In this document: positions 59,889-64,000 of the stretch, in pieces | Position numbering within the stretch: position 1 is the first letter of the stretch | Layout: each line of letters begins with the position of its first letter | DNA from: Lentimicrobiaceae bacterium | GTDB taxonomy: Bacteria > Bacteroidota > Bacteroidia > Bacteroidales > JAAYJT01 | DNA length: 64,000 nt | Direction: 5' to 3' | Assembly: GCA_037446395.1 (NCBI GenBank) | Contig: JBBIIP010000003.1 | Span: 33,339 to 97,338 of the forward strand | Program-made: the position numbers and the translations under genes | The notes under the pieces: generated by a model | Told to the model about the DNA's origin: nothing | What the model saw: only the letters and a program-made list of their open reading frames with translations | Databases searched by the model: none

Positions 59889-61667
59889 CTAACGGGCATC
59901 ATACATATCGTAGATCAGGCCTCTGAATTTATCCTGAATAAATTGTCTTCTAAGTTTAAGCGTTAGGCTCAACTCTCCTGTCTCCGGTGTCCAATCAGCA
60001 TCAACAAGCCGAAAGGCTTTTATTTGTTCTGTTTTGTCGAGCATCAAATTGAGTTCATCCAATTCGTGCTGAATTCGATTGATTACCCGCTCATCTTTTA
60101 TTGCTTTTGAAGGTGGTATAAAATCATATCCTTTTGCAGCATACCAGCCCTTGAGATGCTCGAAATTGGGGACAATGATGGCCGCCGCAAAGTGTTTGTT
60201 TTCGCCCACTACAATTAGATTTTCAATGAATTCCGACTCTTTGAAGCGATTTTCAATTGCTTGTGGGGCAATATACTTACCCCCTGAGGTTTTAAAGATT
60301 TCTTTCTTGCGGTCTGTGATTTTCAGGTATTTCTTATCCTCAAGCATGCCTATATCGCCTGTATGGAACCAACCATCTTTGTCTATCACCTCGGAGGTAA
60401 GCTCCGGGTTTTTGTAATAGCCCAACATGAGGTTCGGCCCTTTGCACAGGATTTCACCATCGGGTGCAATTTTTATTTCAACTCCTTTCAAGGCAGGCCC
60501 AACGGTTCCAAATTTTACTCCATCGGGTTCAAAATTGCTGACCGCCACAACGGGTGATGTTTCGGTCAAGCCATATCCTTCCATTACCTGAATGTTGGCG
60601 GCCCAAAATACTCTTGCTATTCCAGGCCTAAGGCTGGCACCTCCCGAAACTATAAACCTTAGCTTGCCACCCAATGCCCGGCGCCATTTTCGATACACAA
60701 AATAGTCGGCAACTTTGCGCTTAAATTCATAGGTAAAACCATTTTTATGATGAAGCTCAAAATGTAAGGCCAGGTCTAAAGCCCAAAAATAAATTTCTTT
60801 CCGGGCGCCTTTTAAAGCGTGCCCTTTTGAAACAAACCGTGCATATACCTTTTCGAGCATTCTGGGCACCGCACACATCATGTCGGGTTGATGCTCCCGC
60901 AAATTTTCGCCAATTTTTTCAATGCTCTCGGCATAACAAATATTAATGCCAAGATATTGATACATATAATTGAGCATTCGCTCATAAACGTGGCAAAGCG
61001 GAAGAAAGCTAAGAGCCCTGACTATATTTTTGGGCTCAACAATGGCGGCAGTGGCAGTAAAATTGCTTATAAAATTCCGATGGCTCAGCATTACTCCTTT
61101 ACATGCTCCTGTTGTGCCCGAAGTGTAGATAATGGTGGCCAGATCATCGGACTTTATCTCCGATTTTATCTGATTGATTTTGTTGATATTAAATTCTTTT
61201 TTGCCGAGTTCAATCAGTTCCTTCCAATGCCTAACCCCCTCTGTTTTTTCAATTGAGAACACGGCTTCAAGGGTAGGTATTCTTGGAAGGAGATCACGAA
61301 TTCTATTATAAATGCTCTTATCAAAAACAAAAATGAATCTGACATCTGCGTGATTGAAGATGTGAAGAAAATTACTCTGACTGAGGGTAGGATAAACTGG
61401 CACGTGCACAGCGCCAATCTGCATGATACCCATATCAATGTAGTTCCATGCAGGGCAATTTTGCATGATCGTGGCGATTTTATCTCCTTTTTGGGCGCCC
61501 AGAAAGAGAAGGCCGGCACTGACGCGGTCAGCAAAATCTATATATTCGGAACCGGAAAAGGTTCTCCAAACATTTCCTTTGCGAAATGTGAAAACATCCT
61601 TTTTCGAGGAATACTTTCCACGATACAATTCGAGCAGATCGAATATGCGGTGTAGTTGTTCTCCCAT
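59889..61667 (-). CDS. Long-chain acyl-CoA synthetase (FadD-like), tandem copy 2
   Basis: DDLATIIYTSGTTGACKGVMLSH, EGYGLTETSP and HTGDIGMLEDKKYLKITDRKK. Confidence 0.88.
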   Translation of the reverse strand: MGEQLHRIFDLLELYRGKYSSKKDVFTFRKGNVWRTFSGSEYIDFADRVSAGLLFLGAQKGDKIATIMQNCPAWNYIDMGIMQIGAVHVPVYPTLSQSNFLHIFNHADVRFIFVFDKSIYNRIRDLLPRIPTLEAVFSIEKTEGVRHWKELIELGKKEFNINKINQIKSEIKSDDLATIIYTSGTTGACKGVMLSHRNFISNFTATAAIVEPKNIVRALSFLPLCHVYERMLNYMYQYLGINICYAESIEKIGENLREHQPDMMCAVPRMLEKVYARFVSKGHALKGARKEIYFWALDLALHFELHHKNGFTYEFKRKVADYFVYRKWRRALGGKLRFIVSGGASLRPGIARVFWAANIQVMEGYGLTETSPVVAVSNFEPDGVKFGTVGPALKGVEIKIAPDGEILCKGPNLMLGYYKNPELTSEVIDKDGWFHTGDIGMLEDKKYLKITDRKKEIFKTSGGKYIAPQAIENRFKESEFIENLIVVGENKHFAAAIIVPNFEHLKGWYAAKGYDFIPPSKAIKDERVINRIQHELDELNLMLDKTEQIKAFRLVDADWTPETGELSLTLKLRRQFIQDKFRGLIYDMYDAR

Positions 61668-61731
61668 CGAAAAAGGATGTTGTAAAGAAGTTAGCCGGAT
61701 TCAATAATCATGCAATGATACGATTTTGTGT

Positions 61732-63513
61732 TTATTCTGCAAGGCTAAATAATTTATTCACCTGTGCTTTATACTTCTCGGAAATAAAATCGCGTTTTAT
61801 TTTTAGTGTTGCAGTGAGTTCGCCTCCGTCCACACTCCATTCATTGCCAATGAGTTCAAATTTCTTAATCTGCTCATAAGCGCCAAAACCCACATTAAAC
61901 TTGTCAACCTCAACCTGGAAGCGCTTACGCAGCACAGGGTTTTCAACCATCTCAGCATCGGTTGTATAGGGTATGTTTTTAATCGCGCAGTATGATTTAA
62001 GATGAACAAAATCAGGTACGATCAGGGCGGCAGCAAACTTCTGGTTCTCGCCAAGCACCATGAGTGTATCAATAAAAGCCGACTCCTTAAATTTTTCTTC
62101 CATCACTTCGGGGTTTATGTATTTGCCGAACGAGGTTTTAAAAGCAGCTTTTTTGCGCCCGGTAATTGACAATTGACCATCTTTTTGAAGTAGGCCAATA
62201 TCGCCAGTATGTAGCCAACCATCAGGTTCGATGGTTTGTTTGGTTAGTTCGGGTTCTTTATAGTAGCCCAGCATAACATGAGGGCCTTTTGTTAAAATTT
62301 CACCATCCTCCGCAATCTTTACTTCTACATTGTTGAGTGGTGGGCCAACGGTGCCAAAATCATGCCCATGCCTGCCAAAATGCTGAACAGAAATACAGGG
62401 AGATGTTTCGGTGAGGCCATATCCTTCGAGCACCCTGATGCCGGCTGCCCAGAAGATGCGCGACAGTCGTGGCTGTAGTGCAGCCCCTCCGGAAACCATC
62501 ACGTTTAGGTTCCCACCCGTAGCAGCTCTCCATTTAGTGAACACCAGTTTATCAACAATCTTGTGTTGTAATTTATAGAATAGGCCATTCTTACCATGCA
62601 GCTTGAATTTATTGCCCACATTGATTGCCCAGAAAAAGAACATGCGTTTAATTCCTGTGAGTTTGCGGCCAGTATTCATGATCTTGTCAAAGATTCTTTC
62701 GAGCAATCGCGGCACTGTCGACATCAGCTGAGGTTTTACTTCCTTCATATTGTCAGCAATCGTTGCCATGCTTTCGGCGTAATAGGTCGAAACTCCCAAA
62801 TACTGCCAGGTGTAATTAATCACTCTTTCATATACATGGCAGAGGGGGAGATAGCTTAGGGCTTTGTCATTCCCTTCAAGGGGTGGAATATGTTTAACTG
62901 CCATCACATTACTCAGGATATTGTTGTGCGAAAGCATCACCCCTTTGGGATTACCTGTTGTGCCGGATGTATAGATCAGGGTGGCCAGGTCGTCAGGTTT
63001 GATCGTTGCCTTGATGGCTTCTATTTTTTCAGGCGCCGGGGTTTTCAGCGACTCTTCGATAAGGTCGCATAAGCACGGGACTTCGGCTGTTTTCGAAAAA
63101 GAAAAAACACCTTTGATTGATGTAACCCTGGGAAGGATGTGCTGAATTTTGCGTAAGAGGTCTTTGTTGCTTACAAACACAAATTTTACCGAAGCATGAT
63201 TGAGAATGTATTCATAATCTGCTTCGCTGATGGTAGGATAGAGTGGAACATGAATTGCTCCAGCCATCATGGTGCCCATATCAAGAAAGTTCCACTCGGG
63301 GCGGTTGTTTGAGATACTTGCAATGGCATCGCCGGGTTTTACGCCGAGTTTCAACAATGCATAGGATACTCCATATGCGTTTTCGATATACTGGTCAACA
63401 TTGTAGGTGACCCATTTCCCATTTTCTTTGCCAGCCAAAACTGAATCGAGATGGGAATAATTCTCCTTAAGGTTTTGAAGAATGTCAAAAAGGCGGGTGA
63501 CGTTTGTGCTCAT
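61732..63513 (-). CDS. Long-chain acyl-CoA synthetase (FadD-like), tandem copy 1
   Basis: DDLATLIYTSGTTGNPKGVMLSH, EGYGLTETSP and HTGDIGLLQKDGQLSITGRKK. It aligns along its full length with the downstream paralogue. Confidence 0.88.
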   Translation of the reverse strand: MSTNVTRLFDILQNLKENYSHLDSVLAGKENGKWVTYNVDQYIENAYGVSYALLKLGVKPGDAIASISNNRPEWNFLDMGTMMAGAIHVPLYPTISEADYEYILNHASVKFVFVSNKDLLRKIQHILPRVTSIKGVFSFSKTAEVPCLCDLIEESLKTPAPEKIEAIKATIKPDDLATLIYTSGTTGNPKGVMLSHNNILSNVMAVKHIPPLEGNDKALSYLPLCHVYERVINYTWQYLGVSTYYAESMATIADNMKEVKPQLMSTVPRLLERIFDKIMNTGRKLTGIKRMFFFWAINVGNKFKLHGKNGLFYKLQHKIVDKLVFTKWRAATGGNLNVMVSGGAALQPRLSRIFWAAGIRVLEGYGLTETSPCISVQHFGRHGHDFGTVGPPLNNVEVKIAEDGEILTKGPHVMLGYYKEPELTKQTIEPDGWLHTGDIGLLQKDGQLSITGRKKAAFKTSFGKYINPEVMEEKFKESAFIDTLMVLGENQKFAAALIVPDFVHLKSYCAIKNIPYTTDAEMVENPVLRKRFQVEVDKFNVGFGAYEQIKKFELIGNEWSVDGGELTATLKIKRDFISEKYKAQVNKLFSLAE

Positions 63514-63552
63514 TTCTGCTTGTGTTGGTTAATAAAAAATTAATTTCTGATT

Positions 63553-64000
63553 TTATTCTGGTCTCCTGAATATTTGTGTAGTGGATGCCTGGGCGGTAGG
63601 CATTACAATTATATCGTTAATGTTCACATTTGGCGGGCGGGTTGCCACAAAAAAGATTACTTCAGCAATATCTTCTGCTTTCAACGGATCAAATCCTTTA
63701 TAAACTCCTTCGGCGCGCTGAAGATCGCCATGAAAACGCACAGCAGAAAATTCGGTTTTCACGGCTCCGGGGGCAACCTGTGTGACTTTTATTCCGTGCT
63801 CGAGCAAATCTTTCCGCATGGCTTGGGTTAACGCCTCAACAGCAAATTTCGTAGCACAATAAACATTGCCATTGGGATAAACCTCTTTTCCGGCTATTGA
63901 TCCGATGTTGATGATGTGTCCACTCCCACGGGCCACCATGATTGGTGCGATTTTCCGTGTCACATACAAAAGGCCTTTCATATTGGTATCAATCATTCTC
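63553..64000 (-). CDS. Short-chain dehydrogenase/reductase (SDR), C-terminal part; N-terminus lies beyond the window end
   Basis: Catalytic YCATKFAVEAL (YxxxK) and NIGSIAG. The ORF is still open at nt 64000. Confidence 0.8.
   Translation of the reverse strand, partial: RMIDTNMKGLLYVTRKIAPIMVARGSGHIINIGSIAGKEVYPNGNVYCATKFAVEALTQAMRKDLLEHGIKVTQVAPGAVKTEFSAVRFHGDLQRAEGVYKGFDPLKAEDIAEVIFFVATRPPNVNINDIIVMPTAQASTTQIFRRPE

Overview
This is a dense, mostly core-genome stretch of a Bacteroidota (Bacteroidetes) chromosome. I call 52 protein-coding genes, two of them cut by the window edges. By eye there is no rRNA, tRNA, CRISPR array, transposase or integrase, prophage, or recognisable defence island. 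The phylum call rests on three things: a type IX secretion (T9SS)/gliding locus (porV, porU, a PorP/SprF-family gene, and gldJ followed by murF), TAnnTTTG-type promoter motifs, and typical synteny (rsfS-ftsH-...-cdsA-psd; coaD ... rsmD-DUF3822). Other content: envelope biogenesis (Omp85-family lipoprotein, kdsC, murF, anmK, psd, cdsA, an OlsF-like bifunctional aminolipid acyltransferase); four ANL-family acyl-CoA synthetases, including a tandem paralogue pair; gyrB, holA, a RecD-like helicase, ispF, pyrE, coaD, birA and rsmD; a small GlcNAc salvage operon (GH20 hexosaminidase, ROK kinase, MFS transporter); and POT and SSS transporters. I do not see a clear-cut novel multi-gene system. The best leads are: (i) a secreted ComEA-like HhH domain fused to a large outer-membrane barrel and paired with a PorV/PorQ-like barrel; (ii) a membrane-tethered methyltransferase wedged between porU and porV; (iii) a giant TPR protein plus a dedicated barrel at the end of the sprF-like/gldJ/murF/anmK array; (iv) a pilin-like bitopic protein translationally linked to DUF3822 and rsmD; (v) an orphan multi-cluster Fe-S protein with a possible DNA-binding N-terminus; (vi) a small Cys/His, Lys/Ala-rich secreted protein with its own promoter and terminator. 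All functional calls come from motif and pattern recognition on the supplied translations. No database search was possible, and the only computation was hand counting.
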